64,000 bases of DNA from Mobula hypostoma (lineage: Eukaryota): positions 23,934,001 to 23,998,000 of the forward strand of contig NC_086097.1 in assembly GCF_963921235.1 (NCBI RefSeq), read 5' to 3'. Positions 24,161-36,476 of this stretch are shown here, piece by piece (within the stretch, counting starts at the first letter, position 1; each line of letters opens with the position of its first letter). The notes beneath the pieces are model-generated. The model did no database searches. It saw only the letters and a program-made list of their open reading frames with translations, and had not been told where the DNA came from. The position numbers and the translations under genes were made by a program.

Positions 24161-25564
24161 AGTACGTTGTATTTTATAATTCTATGACTGGATGCTCAAG
24201 GATGCCCAATTATAAGTTGCAACTTTAAATGTACGCCTTTCTGTAGGATACTCAGTGTAAGCAGTGAAAGAGCTGTCAGTTTACATGATAGTTTGACACA
24301 GGTGCAAGCAGTAAATATGGAACAGGTTGGCAGGGCACCATTGAGACATCTTTCTGGCAAATGGCACTGTTTGCATAGATTTGTTTTGACAGCTTCTTTA
24401 AGATATACCATTTTCCTCCTTTGCTGATCTTGGTGCTGCAGTGATTGAATACAAAGCGTTAACACCTGGCACCACCTCCTGCTACACAGGCTGCTGCTCT
24501 TGGTCTCCAGGACAAAAGTGATGTGGCATGTCCTGAATGCCCCCCTTCCGCCCACATCATCTGAGGAAAGATTGAGTAAGGTGGGCCTACAGTCACTGGA
24601 AATTGGAAAAAAGAGTATTGATAAACACAAGAGTGAGTGTTGAATAGTTCTGAGGGAGCTTGTCCAGGTAGATGTTGAGCTGTTGATGCTTTAAGATAAG
24701 AGTCAGAGTCATAGAGTGCTTCAGCACAGAAAAAAAGTCCTTTAGCCCATAAAATTCCACCACATTTAGAGCTGTTATTACCCTACAAACATCAGGCCCC
24801 TGAACTGACAATGATAACTTCACTCACCACGGCTCCACCTGTAGACTTACTTTCAAGGACTTTTTACAACCCATGCTCACAGTATTTTTTTTCTGCAAAA
24901 TTTTTCTTTTTTGCACATTGGTTGTTTGTCAGTCTTTGTTTATGTCACGTTTTTTTCATAAATTCCATTGTATTTCTTTAATTTCTCATCAATGTCTGCA
25001 AGGAAAAAAATCTCAGGTTAGTGTATGGTAACACACATACTTTGATAATAAATTTTATTTTGACTTTATTCCAGGTCTCTCTGAACATGAACCATATTCA
25101 ATTCCTTATCATTTTGAACTATTCCAGCATTCTATGCTGTCCACTAAATTGAATACCCTCAAATTATATTCCAACTGTTGTAACCTCACTGTCTCATAGG
25201 GTAGTGCAAGTGTGGAGCAGGCTGGCAGCCCAAGTGGTGAATGCAGGTTCAATTGCAACATTTGAGAGCCATTTGGATAAGTACATGGATTGGAGGGGTA
25301 GGGGGGGTTCTGGTCCAGAAGCAGGTTGATGGGGCTAGGCAGAATAACAATTCAGCACAGATAAGATGGGATGAATATCTGTTTCGATGCTGTAGTGTTC
25401 TGTGACTCATGTAACCTGTCTGCGCTCCCTTAAAGTCTTCCTGTATCCACGTCACATCCCACCGTGTTAACTGGGGGTGTATCGTTAGTGAACCTGAATA
25501 TCTTTTCTCTCCTCCTCATCCAGATAGATTGTGAAAGGCTGGGTCAATGGGAGGTTGAGCTAAT

Positions 25565-25815
25565 GTTTATTTATTGAGATACAATAGGGCCTTCTGACCC
25601 TTCCAGCGGCATCACCCAGCAATCCCCCATGTTAATCCTAGCCTAATCACAGGACAATGAACAATGACCAATTACCCTCACCTTTGGACTGTGGGAGGGA
25701 AACCTACACAGTGAGAGGGAGAACTTACAAACTGCTCACAGGCAGTGGCGGGAATTGAACCTAGGCCACTGGTACTATAAAATGTTGTTAACAACTATGC
25801 TACTGTGCTGCACCC
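25565..25815 (-). mobile_element. HE1-type V-SINE
   Basis: Antisense tail TTTATTGAGATACA, V-domain CTTTGGACTGTGGGAGG and B-box GGAATTGAACC on +. Confidence 0.75.
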
Positions 25816-27344
25816 AACATTTTAGGAATGAATTATTTTGTTATGCTCTCCCTGGACGCTGCCTGACCTGCTGAGTGTTTACAGTGCTTTCTGTGAACAT
25901 ACATGAGAGGTACTATTCTATCCATGCATTGCTCAACCGTGATGGAAATACCTTATCTTGAAATACAGCAGATCACGCAAGCAAATAGATTATTTAAATT
26001 ATTCTATATTTTCTTTGCTGTTTAGAGTTTGACATTATTGAGAAGCAACACTATCTTCTCCATCAATGGTGAATTCCATGGAATTGAGGTGTTTTTTAGG
26101 TTGTTAGATGTAAAATACTGCTATGGCTGCCTGTATCAGTAATACTGGGCCATTGTGAAAGAGAAGTGCCAGCTGTTTTCGATCGAAAAACTTGAAACAA
26201 TCATGAGCAAAAAGAGCACTGTCACGGATCAGTGGAGAAATTGATTGTACGGCAAGGAGGCTTAGAGGAATATCTTGGGGGTGATTGGGGAAGAAAATAA
26301 AAAAAAAACTGTTGTTGTTAGATGAAACCATAATGGTCAATTCTCAGTGCACTCAGCTGGAAGGAGACACCAGAGTATCAGACAGCGTCGAATCTCTACC
26401 TTTGCACCGGCTGATACCTGTGGCAGATTACCAGTTAGATAAATGGAAAAAGAGAGAAAGGAATCTGCAAGCTCCCTTCACAGCCGAGTACCTCATGCAT
26501 CTGTGCTGGCTTGTCCATGCTCCTATGATGCTGTTATTTTCCCTTTATCAGCCACACCAAGCTCTCTCCTGGGCCCCCACCATCAAATTCCTTGATGATT
26601 TTTATTTTCTCGGTGGTGTGAAATGCACACTAATTGCCTTTAAGGAGGTGGTTGTGATCAACATGAATTGGTTTTGGCTGTAAAGGACAGTTTTACAGAA
26701 TCTCAGCTTGGATTCAGATTCCAATTCCATTTCAAGTTCATTTCTCTTATCATGTGCCTCGGGAAGGGGGTCAACAGCACCAGGTTCAGGAACAGTTACA
26801 GTACTGTGCAAAATTTTTGGGTACATATATATAGCAAGGGTGCCCAAGATTCTTGCAGAGAACTGTAGTAATTTTATTTATTGCACTCTGCTGCTGCCAT
26901 AAAAAAATCAAATTTCAGGACATATGTGAGTGATGATTAACCTGATCCTGACATGGAACTCTATCGTGGACTAAAGGTAGAAAGGGGGTAGGGAGAGGGG
27001 AATCATGGTTGGGAAAAGGGGGAGGGAGAGGGAAGCACCAGAGAGATATTCTGTAATGATCAATAAACCGATTGTTTGGAATCAAATGACTTTGCCTGGA
27101 GTCTCAGGGCTGGGTGCGTCTCCAACCGTGCCACCCCCCACCTCGGCATTCTTTTCCTGCCATCTGTTCCACAGTATTCCACCCACGCTATTCCCAACAT
27201 CCTTTGGTGCCGTCTTCACCTGAAAGGAAAAGATACAGAGACACTGCAGAGGGTCCACAACTGATGTAACACCTCCACTGATGAATTACTCTCACGAAAC
27301 AAAATATTGTAGAGGGCTGGGTATCTATGGAATAGACAAGATTG

Positions 27345-27660
27345 AAGATGAAAGATTAGCTTGAGTTGTCACACAAACTGAACATTAAAACATCAGTTGA
27401 AAGGTATTGTTTATGTCAAAGGCCAACATGTTCTGAGGATGTGCTGGGTACAGTCTGCAAGTGTCGCCATGCTTCTGCTGTCAATATACCATGCCCACAA
27501 TTCACTAGCCCTGGCTACCCTGCACTTCTTTGGAATGTGGGAAGAAACCCTCGTGGTCACAGGGAGAACATACAAACTCCTTTGAGATGGTGGTGGAAAT
27601 TGCACCCCGATGGCTGGTGTTGTTAAGCGATATACGAGCCGGCAATCTATCGTGTTGTCC
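27345..27660 (-). mobile_element. V-SINE with Rex/Babar-like tail
   Basis: Same layout as 9110-9425 and 46293-46555. Confidence 0.7.
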
Positions 27661-28019
27661 GCACAGGGAGGACGCCAAGGACTGATCTACTGGATCTCTA
27701 GGTCAGGCCTCTGAATTGCTGGTCATATAATGCATCAATGAACTTCTAATGCAATAAATGCGACAATAAATTGCGATGAAATTCAAATGGCAATTCAGAG
27801 CAAGTCATATGGAAGGTTACTTTTTAAACTATTGAGTAATTGTAAGGGATATACCTCATACAAGCACAACTCTTTTTCTTTTTAACATGGGGAATCCCTC
27901 TTTTGGTAGCTTTGTCTTTACCATTTACAAACTCCACTTCCTAGCACTTCCTTGGATTTCCCTGAGTCATCCATAAAGTGCAGCTAGGAGAAAAGAAACG
28001 TAGGCTAACAATTCTGAAG

Positions 28020-28490
28020 GATTCCATCTGATTAGCCTCCAACTTGATTGCATGTCCACTGATATCTCTAACTTCTGGTCATTTCTCCCTTTCCCTTTTT
28101 CTATTCCCCCTTCAGGATCCCCTCTTAATCATTCCTTCTCCTCACCAACCCATCACCTCCCTCTGGTGCCCTTCCTCCTTCCATGGTTCACTCTTCTTTC
28201 CTATCTGAATCCTTCTTCAGCCCTTTTCTTTTTCGATCTATCGCTCCCCAGCTTCTCAACTCATCGCCCTCCTCCCCCCAACTACCTCTCCCCTCACCTG
28301 GGTTCACATATCACCTGCCAGCTTGTATTCCTTTTCCTCACCCCACCTTCTTATTCTGGCTTTTTCCCCCTTCCTTTCTAGTCCTGATTATCAGTCCCTG
28401 ATGAAAACGTTGACCCTTAATTTCCGTCCATTAATGCTGCATAACCTGCAGAGTTCCTCTGGATTTCCAACATCCGCAGAACCTCTTATG
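28020..28490 (+). mobile_element. Penelope-like element 3' fragment
   Basis: PLE ORF end (FHLISLQLDCMSTDISNF), C/T-rich UTR, scrambled hammerhead at 28380-28415. Confidence 0.75.
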
Positions 28491-28504
28491 TTGATTTATT
28501 GCAG

Positions 28505-28790
28505 GTTCTGCCTGTCAGATGAGTCATTGGACTGAGGCTGTGTTTGCCCTCTCAGCAGGCTTCCAAATAATTTCGTGGTGCTATTTTGATAAGTTGCTGG
28601 AGAGCTTTCTCTAGTGTCATTCTCAATAGTTATCCCTCATTGAACATCACTAACAGATCATTGTCAAATGTACTCTTTGTAGAGCCTGACTGTGTGCAAA
28701 TTGAGTACCATTTTTCCATACCTCTGTACCTAAAACTTCTAATATGGCTATGAGATTGTTTGATACACGAAGAGTGAAAATAGTTCTTTT
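28505..28790 (+). mobile_element. Deu-domain SINE relic
   Basis: TCAGATGAGTCATTGGACTGAGGC...CCCTCTCAG...TTATCCCTCATTGAACATCAC...CTGTGTGCAAATTG matches the Deu-domain layout as recalled. Confidence 0.65.
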
Positions 28791-28930
28791 ATCAAGAGAG
28801 GTGTATCTGCTGATGTACTGTGGAGATCATTCTAACTGGCTGTATCACTGTCTGGTGTGGGGTGGGTGTGCTACTGCACAGGATCAAAGTAAGCTTCAGA
28901 GAGTTGTAAAATTAGTCATCTCCATCATGG

Positions 28931-30346
28931 AGAGAGAAACCAGGGAATTATAGACCGGTAAGCCTGACATTGGTGTGGGGAAAATGCTAGAGTCAGTTAT
29001 CAAAGATGTGATAACAGCACATTTGGAAAGAGGTGAAATCATCCGACAAAGTCAGCATAGATTTGTGAAACGAAAATCATGTCTGACGAGTCTCATAGAA
29101 TTTTTTGAGGATGTAGCTAGTAGAGTGGATAGGGGAGAACCAGTGGATGTGGTATATTTGGATTTTCAAAAGGCTTTTGACAAGGTCCCACACAAGAGAT
29201 TAGTGTGCAAACTTAAAGCACACGGTATTGGGGGTATAGTATTGATGTGGACAGAGAATTGGTTGGCAGACAGAAAGCAAAGAGTGTGAATAAACGGGGC
29301 CTTTTCAGAATGGCAGGCAGTGACTAGTGGGGTACCGCAAGGCTCAGTGCTGGGACCCCAGTTATTTACAATATATATTAATGACTTAGACGAGGGAACT
29401 AAATGCAGTAACTCCAAGTTTGCAGATGACACAAAGCTGGGCGGCAGTGTTAGCTGTGAGGAGGATGCTAAGAGGATGCAGGGTGACTTGGATAGGTTAG
29501 GTGAGTGGGCACATTCATGGCAGGTGCAATTTAATGTGGATAAAGGTGAGGTTATCCACTTTGGTGGCAAGAACAAAAAAACAGATTATTATCTGAATGG
29601 TGGCCGATTAGTAAAAGGGGAAATGCAATGAGACCTGGGTGTCATTGTACACCAGTCATTGAAAGTGGGCATGCAGGTACAGCAGGTGGCGAAAAAGGCG
29701 AATGGTATGCTGGCATTCATAGCAAGAGGATTCAAGCACAGGAGCAGGGAGGTACTACTGCAGTTGTACAAGGCCTTGGTGAGACCACACCTGGAGTATT
29801 GTGTGCAGTTTTGGTCCCCTAATCTGAGGAAAGACATCCTTGCCATAGAGGGAGTACAAAGAAGGTTCACCAGATTGATTCCTGGGATGGCAGGACTTTC
29901 ATATGATGAAAGATTGGATCGATTAGGCTTATACTCTCTGGAATTTAGAAGATTGAGGGGGGATCTGATTGAAACGTATAAAGTTCTAAAGGGATTGGAC
30001 AGGCTAGATACAAGAAGATTGTTCCCGATGTTGGGGACGTCCAGAACAAGGGGTCACAGTTTGAGGATAAAGGGGAAGCCTTTTAGGACTGAGATGAGGA
30101 AAAACTTCTTCACACAGAGAGTGGTGAATCTGTGGAATTCTCTGCCACAGGAAACAGTTGAGGCCAGTTCATTGGCTATATTTAAGAGGGAGTTAGATAT
30201 GGCCCTTGTGGCTAAAGGGATCAGGGGGTATGGAGAGAAGGCAGGTACAGGGTTCTGAGTTGGATGATCACCCATGATCGTACTGAATGGCGGTGCAGGC
30301 TCGAAGGGCCGAATGGCCTACTCCCACACCTATTTTCTATGTTTCT
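28931..30346 (+). mobile_element. 5'-truncated CR1 LINE (RT to 3' UTR) with premature stops, inserted in a Rex/Babar copy
   Basis: VYLDFQKAFDKVPH, SGVPQGSVLGP, KFADDTKL, RPHLEYCVQFWSP; stops at 29289 and 29631; (TTTCTATG)n tail; ATGG at both junctions. Confidence 0.95.
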
Positions 30347-30349
30347 ATG

Positions 30350-30732
30350 GCCGCTAGCCTCTATCGTATCCAGGACTTCTTCAGGGAGCGGTACCTCAAA
30401 AAAGTGCTGTCCATCATTAAGGACCTCCATCACTCAGGACATGCCCTCTTCTCATTGAAACCATCAAGGAGGAGGTACAGAAGACTGAAGGCACACACTC
30501 AACTGTTCAGGTACAGCTTCTTCCCCTCTTCCACCTGATATCTGAATAAACATTCAATCCACCTCGCAACATTTTTATTTCTTTTTTTGCATTGCTCATT
30601 TAATTTAACTATTATATGTATATAGACACACACGTAGTATTTTTCTCTATTATTTTGTATTGCATTATACTGCTGCTGCAAAGTTAACAAATTTTGCAGC
30701 ATATGTCAGCGATATTATACTTGATTGTGATC
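30350..30732 (+). mobile_element. Rex1/Babar LINE 3' end (continuation of 28800-28930)
   Basis: SIIKDLHHSGHALFSLKPSRRRYRRLKAHTQLFRYSFFP. Confidence 0.85.
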
Positions 30733-31279
30733 CTCTGAGAGGAAAGGTCTGATATCAGCTCAATACTTCAAGTCCAGAAGAAGAATGGGCCAGAATACAG
30801 TACAGCTGGTTGCAGTTCCAGCACGTAATGCCATACTCTGTTAAGGTCGGACCATTATCAATTGATTTTTTTAATATGTCCTGAAGATAGCTGCACACTT
30901 CACCATCGTCTTTGTACTTGCAGTTAATGGTACCCAAGGGAAATTCCATTCTATATAAATACGGACCTACCAGGATGAGTTTAATGTGCATTTTAATATT
31001 TTAGTAATTGAACACTATTTTGAGGAAACTGCAACTTGAATATCAAATGCATCACTTTTCACTTGTGCCTTATTTTTAAATAGAAACTTTGCTCCAATGA
31101 GGCATTCTGTGACTGATCAATATCCAATGGATCCCAGCAGGTACAAATATTGAATCATTAGCAATAGCTGCAGAGAAGAGAGAAAAGATTCATCTGTAAG
31201 TTCCCCAGAATTGAAGTCAGATACTCTATCAGACTTGACAGAGGTGTGTAAGAATCTAAGAGGCATAGATAGAGTGGAC

Positions 31280-31602
31280 GCTTACTTACTTACTGCCCAT
31301 TCTGCCATTGTTGTTTAGAACAGCAATGAAGGTTCTCCATCTCTGTCTGTCCTTTGCCATCCAGATGTAGAAGTATTCTTCATTGCTGTTTGCACAACAG
31401 TTTTGTTTTACCAGTCGGAGTTGTTAGCCCTGAGCTGAATCCCCGAACCTTGAGGACCAGTTCATCACTCCTAGTCTGGCCTCTAACCTTTGACCTGTTT
31501 GGCATGGGTAACCAAAAGGCCCTGACTCCAGACTGCATAGCTGTCCAGGGCATTGAGGCATGCGAGTCTCCAAACCATGACAAGGTTGCAGTCCTCTTGG
31601 AG
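31280..31602 (-). mobile_element. Complete non-autonomous RTE-derived element with a 12-bp TSD, inside a CR1 fragment
   Basis: TSD GATAGAGTGGAC at 31268-31279 and 31603-31614; (AGTA)n tail; RTE-like 5' UTR. Confidence 0.85.
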
Positions 31603-32489
31603 GATAGAGTGGACAGCCAGCGCCTTTTTACCAGGGCAGTAATGGCTGTTACCAGAGGATATTGTTCATGGTGAGTTTGGGAAAGTATCGTAGGTGTCAG
31701 AGGCAGGTCTTTTGCAGAGATAGAGGCAGATGCCTGGAACCCACTACACTTGTGGTGGTAGAGACTGATATATTAGGAACATATAAGAGACTCTTAAATT
31801 GGCACATGATGATAGAAAAACAGAGGTTTATGGGCTATGTAGGAGGGTGGGGTTAGATTGGGCATCGAGTAGGCTTATATCAGTGGCACACATCGTGGGC
31901 AAAGGCCCGTGTTGTGCTGTACTGTTCTATGTGGAGACTCTGTGAACTTGTTTTAAAATAATGTGAAAATATTGAACAGGAGGTTCAAAGAAAACTCTTC
32001 TAAATCAAAAATCACCTCTTCAGTATTCAGCAATCTGTTTGAATGTTGTTCTGGCCTCGCCAAATGCAAACCGGGACTATGTCATTTGCTGGGGAGATGT
32101 GAATGGAATTGAATACTGTGCATTCATCAGCAAGCTTCTGAACTGATCATGAAAGGCAGGTCATTGATGAAACAGTTGAAGATGTTTGGATGTAGGACTC
32201 TCGCCCTAAGGAGGTTCTTTAGTGATTCACTTTCCCACTCTTCTATATTGAACTGTGTAGCGTGCTAATGCAATTGACGCATTCCACTGTGTTTCAATGT
32301 TTTGAAGTGCATGTGACAAATAAAGCTCATCTTACTACTGTTGATGCCCACAGGAAAATGAATCTCAAGGTAGATATAGATCTCAAGGTATATCATCACA
32401 TACGCATACTTAGAAAATAATTTTGAACTTTGAATTTAATCTCTCTCTTTTACATGTACTTTTACAGCGGGGATGGAAGAGCGCACGTT

Positions 32490-32765
32490 TAGCGTGGCAC
32501 AGTAGTGTAGTGGTTAGCACAATGCTTTACAGTATAGGTGAACATCACTTGCCTGTAAGGAGTTTGTACATTCTCCCGGTAACCATGTGGGTTTCCTCTG
32601 GGCGCCCCGGTTTCCTCCCAAATTCCAAAGATGTATCGGTTTGTATGCTAATTGGTCATTGTAAATTGTCCCATAATTAGACTAGGGTTAAGTTGGGATT
32701 TGCTGAGCGGTGTGGCTCAAAGGGCTGGAAGGGCCTATTCCGCATTGTATCTCAATAAATAAAAA
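32490..32765 (+). mobile_element. HE1-type V-SINE with CR1-like tail
   Basis: GTGGCACAGTAGTGTAGTGGTTAGCAC head, V-domain, and GGGCTGGAAGGGCCTATTCCGCATTGTATCTCAATAAATAAA end. Confidence 0.85.
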
Positions 32766-32769
32766 TTTA

Positions 32770-33052
32770 TATATTGCAACATACAGTGAAATATATCATT
32801 TGCCTCAAATCAATTCAGCAAAGACTGTGCTGGGCAGTGCTCAGGTTTCTCAACAGCAGCAGCACCAGCACAGCATTCTCTCAAATCACAAACCCCAACT
32901 GTAAGTCTTTCAAATGTAGGAAGAAACCAGAGCACCCAGAGGAAATCCACAGAGTCATAAGGAGAATTTGCAAGTAGCGGCGGGAATCAAACCCTGGTCA
33001 GTGATTGCTGGCACCGTAGAGCGATTCTGCTAACCACTACGCTGCCATGCTA
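32770..33052 (-). mobile_element. V-SINE with Rex/Babar-like tail, tail-to-tail with the previous SINE
   Basis: GAAGAAACCAGAGCACCCAGAGGAAA and GCTAACCACTACGCTGCC on +. Confidence 0.7.
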
Positions 33053-33669
33053 CCCATCTATTCATGCCCACCTTTTGAATAGTTTGTCTTGCACCATTAT
33101 CCAAGGCCACAGTGGAGTTTAAATCAGGCAGAAAGTTATCCGATGGAAGTGTGTGATGATTTTTGGTATTTTGGGAATTTTGTGCATTTTGGGAAGTCAG
33201 TGGGAGATATACAGTCAATGATGGGGCAGCAAGGATTGTTGATTAATACAGCGGAGCCTTGGGTTTCAAGTCCACCGTGCAGCCTAAAAGTGGAAACGGT
33301 TAGAACCTAATGCATAGATTCAGAGTCACAGAGCACGACAGCACAAAACCTATCTCTTTGGCCCATTCAGTCTGTGCCAAACTATTATTCTGCCTATTCC
33401 CATTGACCTGCACCCGGACCATAGTCCTCCAAACCTTTCCCATCCATGTACCTATCTAAATTTCTCTTAAATGTTGAAATCAAACCTGCATCCTCCAGTT
33501 CCGCTGGCAGCTCATTCCACATTCTCACCACCCTCTGAGTGAAGAAGCTCCCCATCATGTTCCCTGTAAACAGTTAACTCTTGACCTCTGTTTCTGGCCT
33601 CACCCAGCCTCAGTGGAATAAGACCTGCTTTCAGTTACCCTACACATCATAACTTTGTATACCTCTGTC

Positions 33670-33748
33670 TGATGGAGCCCAGCCTGGGGTCCACAGACTC
33701 CTTGCTTAATGGTATTGGTTCATTGAATAAAGAAGGTTGGGACACCTG
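33670..33748. mobile_element. Short hAT-like MITE relic inside a minus-strand CR1 (33320-33850)
   Basis: ~80-bp insert with CCCAGCCT...AGGTTGGG inverted sub-termini, ending CCTG; flanks CTCTGTC / CTCTCTC. Confidence 0.55.
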
Positions 33749-34249
33749 CTCTCTCAAATCTCCACTCATTCTGCTACACTCCAGGGAATAAGGTACTAAC
33801 GTGTTCAACCTTTCTTTATAACTCAGATCCTCAAGCCCCGGCAACATCCTGGTATTTTAGGACTGTTTAATGTCATTTCCCGTGCACAAGTGTAAAGGAG
33901 AATGAAGTAATTGTTACTCAAGATTCGAAGCAGCATATAAAGATCACTTGAAGATAAAGAACACAATAATAAAATAACAAAATAAATATAAATACATAAG
34001 ACAGTTTATATACATAGATTGACCGTATGCCCATAAAGTGATGCTAGGTCTATACATAAGGTGACTGACAGGAAATTATAGAATAACAGTGGTGGGGTGG
34101 GGTAGATCAGCCTTGCTCCTTGAGGGAAGTAATTGTTTTTGAGTCTGCTAGTCCTGGCATGGATGTTACACGGCCTCCTCCCTGATGGGAGTGAGACAAA
34201 CATGGTGAGTGGGATCATCAATGATGTTACAGGCCCCCTTTCCAGCACC

Positions 34250-34305
34250 TTTATATATATATATATGTATATAATGTTTATATATATGTATATATATGTT
34301 TATAT
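34250..34305. repeat. Imperfect (TA)n microsatellite within a Rex/Babar fragment (33860-34350, minus)
   Basis: Direct observation; flanking LPSGRRPCNIHARTSRLKNNYFPQ. Confidence 0.85.
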
Positions 34306-34919
34306 AATGTCCTTAATGGCAGGTAGGCTGATGCTGGTAATGGGTTGGGGAGTTTAGTTCACTGTTTAAAGCAGTAAATGTAAAAGTTGTGAGGTTATGT
34401 TGCAACTTTATGAGACACTGGTTTGACTGCACTTGCTGATCGCTGGTGCTGTAAAGTGTCATGCTGACTACTATACCACTGTGCCACCCTTAAACCGACA
34501 CCCTCTATCTCAGACACGAGTGCTACCCACTGCCCTACAGATGCACACACCACTGCTTTCGTTGCTCACCCTAGGTAATCCTGCTGTGTAATGCATTCAA
34601 CAGTGTAATCTCCACGGTGTTAAATTTGCACCACAAACATAACAAAAACAATAGGCAGGTAAACACCAGCTGGTACCAAACCAGCCCACTGGTGATGGCT
34701 GGCAGGTTTTCAGACTCTCCAATTCGAACACCACCCTCAGTGTTGACATTTCCTCCTGAGGTGGCAGAAAATAAGATGGGAGACCTCAGAAGAAAACCCC
34801 GTAGGAATTGCCTGCCCGCTCACCAGTCCCAAGCCTAGGAGTTTACAAAACAAGCATTTGCTAATTAACTTGCCTGCTCTCTGATGTAAGTTCTGAGAGT
34901 CAGAACTGTTAAGAGAGTT

Positions 34920-35551
34920 AGAGAGTTCAAGCCGAAAGGTAATGTTACAGCTATCTAAGACCTTAGTTAGACCCCACTTGGAGTACTGTATTCAGTTCTG
35001 GTCACCTCACTACAGGAAGGATGTGGATACTACAGAGAGAGTGCAGAGGAGATTTACAAGGCTGTTGCCTAGATTGCAGAGTGTGCCTTATGAGAGTAGG
35101 TTGAGTGAACTTGGTCTTTTCTCCTTGGAGCGACGGTGGCTGAGAGGTGACCAGATGGATTTGTATAAGATGATGTTTGACGTCGATCATGTAGATAGCC
35201 AGAGATTGACGTTGATCATGTAGATAGCCAGAGACTTTTTCCCAGGGCTGAAATGGCTAACATGAGGGCACACAGTTTTAAGGTGCCTGGAAGTAGGTAC
35301 AGAGGGGATGTCAGGGTTAAGTTTTTCACACAGAGAGTTGGTGGGTGCGTGGAATGCACTGCCGGTGACGGTGATGGAGGTGGATACAATAGCGTCTTTT
35401 ACGATGCTTTTAGATAGGTACATGGATCTTAGAAAAATAGAGGGCTGTACAGTAGGGTACTTCTTGGCAGTTTCTAGAGTAGGTTACGTGGTCAGCACAG
35501 CATTGTGGGCTGAAGGGCCTGTAACGTGCTGTAGATTTCTATGTTCTATGT
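34920..35551 (+). mobile_element. CR1 LINE 3' fragment with an internal 29-bp tandem duplication
   Basis: LVRPHLEYCIQFWSPHYRKDV; duplication 35177-35205 / 35206-35234; (TTCTATG)n tail. Confidence 0.9.
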
Positions 35552-36023
35552 TCACCACACCAGATGTCAATGTCTTCTCGAGGCTCTGTGTAGTCTTGGT
35601 GAAGAACTCCACAGCATTCAGCCAACTGCTGCTTTCATTTAGTTTAAAGCTCAAAACCTCCACTGCTAGTAGTGGAGCAACAGAAAAAAAATACAAATGT
35701 TTATTATGCACTGAAAATAGAGAGCACTTCAAAAATCCAAATTGTCTGTCAGAGTTTTAAAAGTCAAATATTCTGAATATTTATCAAAGGTCAAAATAGA
35801 ACTTTTCCTTCACAAATGCACATGCAGCTGTTGTAAATTACCTGCATTTCAATTTTTTTTTCTCTTTTATTTCTGCAATTCGGTTTGAGACATTTTGATA
35901 CAAGGTGACTTGAAATAATTTATTCATTCCAATACACCCAAAACCAGCAGGAGCTGGAAATCTGAAGTAGTTGCAGCAGGCACTGGGCAGGAAGTATCTG
36001 TGGAGGAGAACAATCATAGCTTA

Positions 36024-36476
36024 CACTCAGTGGCCACTTTATTAGGTTCAGGAGTGGGACACCACTGAGGTAACACATGTTTATATGAGCTCCTGTCCCC
36101 TAGAACCTATCTGGCCATTCTCCCTTGACCCCTTTCATTAACAAGGCATTTTCACTCTCAGAACTGTCATTCACTGGATTTTATTTTGCTTCTTGCACTG
36201 TTCTCTGTAAACTCTAGAGAATGTTGTGTGTGAAAATCCCAGGAGATCGGCAGTCTCCAAGATACTCAAACCACCACAGCAGACACAAATAATCATTCCA
36301 CAGTCAAAGTCACATCGATCACATTACTTCCCCTGAAGTTTGGTCTGAACAACAACTGAACCTCTTGACCATGTCTGCTTGCATTTATGAATTGAGTTGC
36401 TGCCACATGACTGGCTGATTATATATTTGCATTAACGAGCAGATATATAGTGTTCCTAAAATGAGGCTGCTGAATG
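36024..36476. mobile_element. Non-autonomous Tc1-like element (short-TIR type)
   Basis: TA-CACTCAGTGGCCACTTTATTAGG and a diverged right end CCTAAAATGAGGCTGCTGAATG-TA. Confidence 0.75.

Noticed and set aside
26104..26683. ORFs of 78 and 132 aa with a polypyrimidine/AG on the minus strand
   Set aside because: No recognisable homology or consistent exon borders.
30755..30991. 78-aa minus-strand ORF with Cys spacing
   Set aside because: Weak acceptor, no donor and no family resemblance; length is compatible with chance.
32490..32560. tRNA-like A/B-box sequences here and at other SINE heads
   Set aside because: No cloverleaf; they continue into SINE bodies, so they are not tRNA genes.
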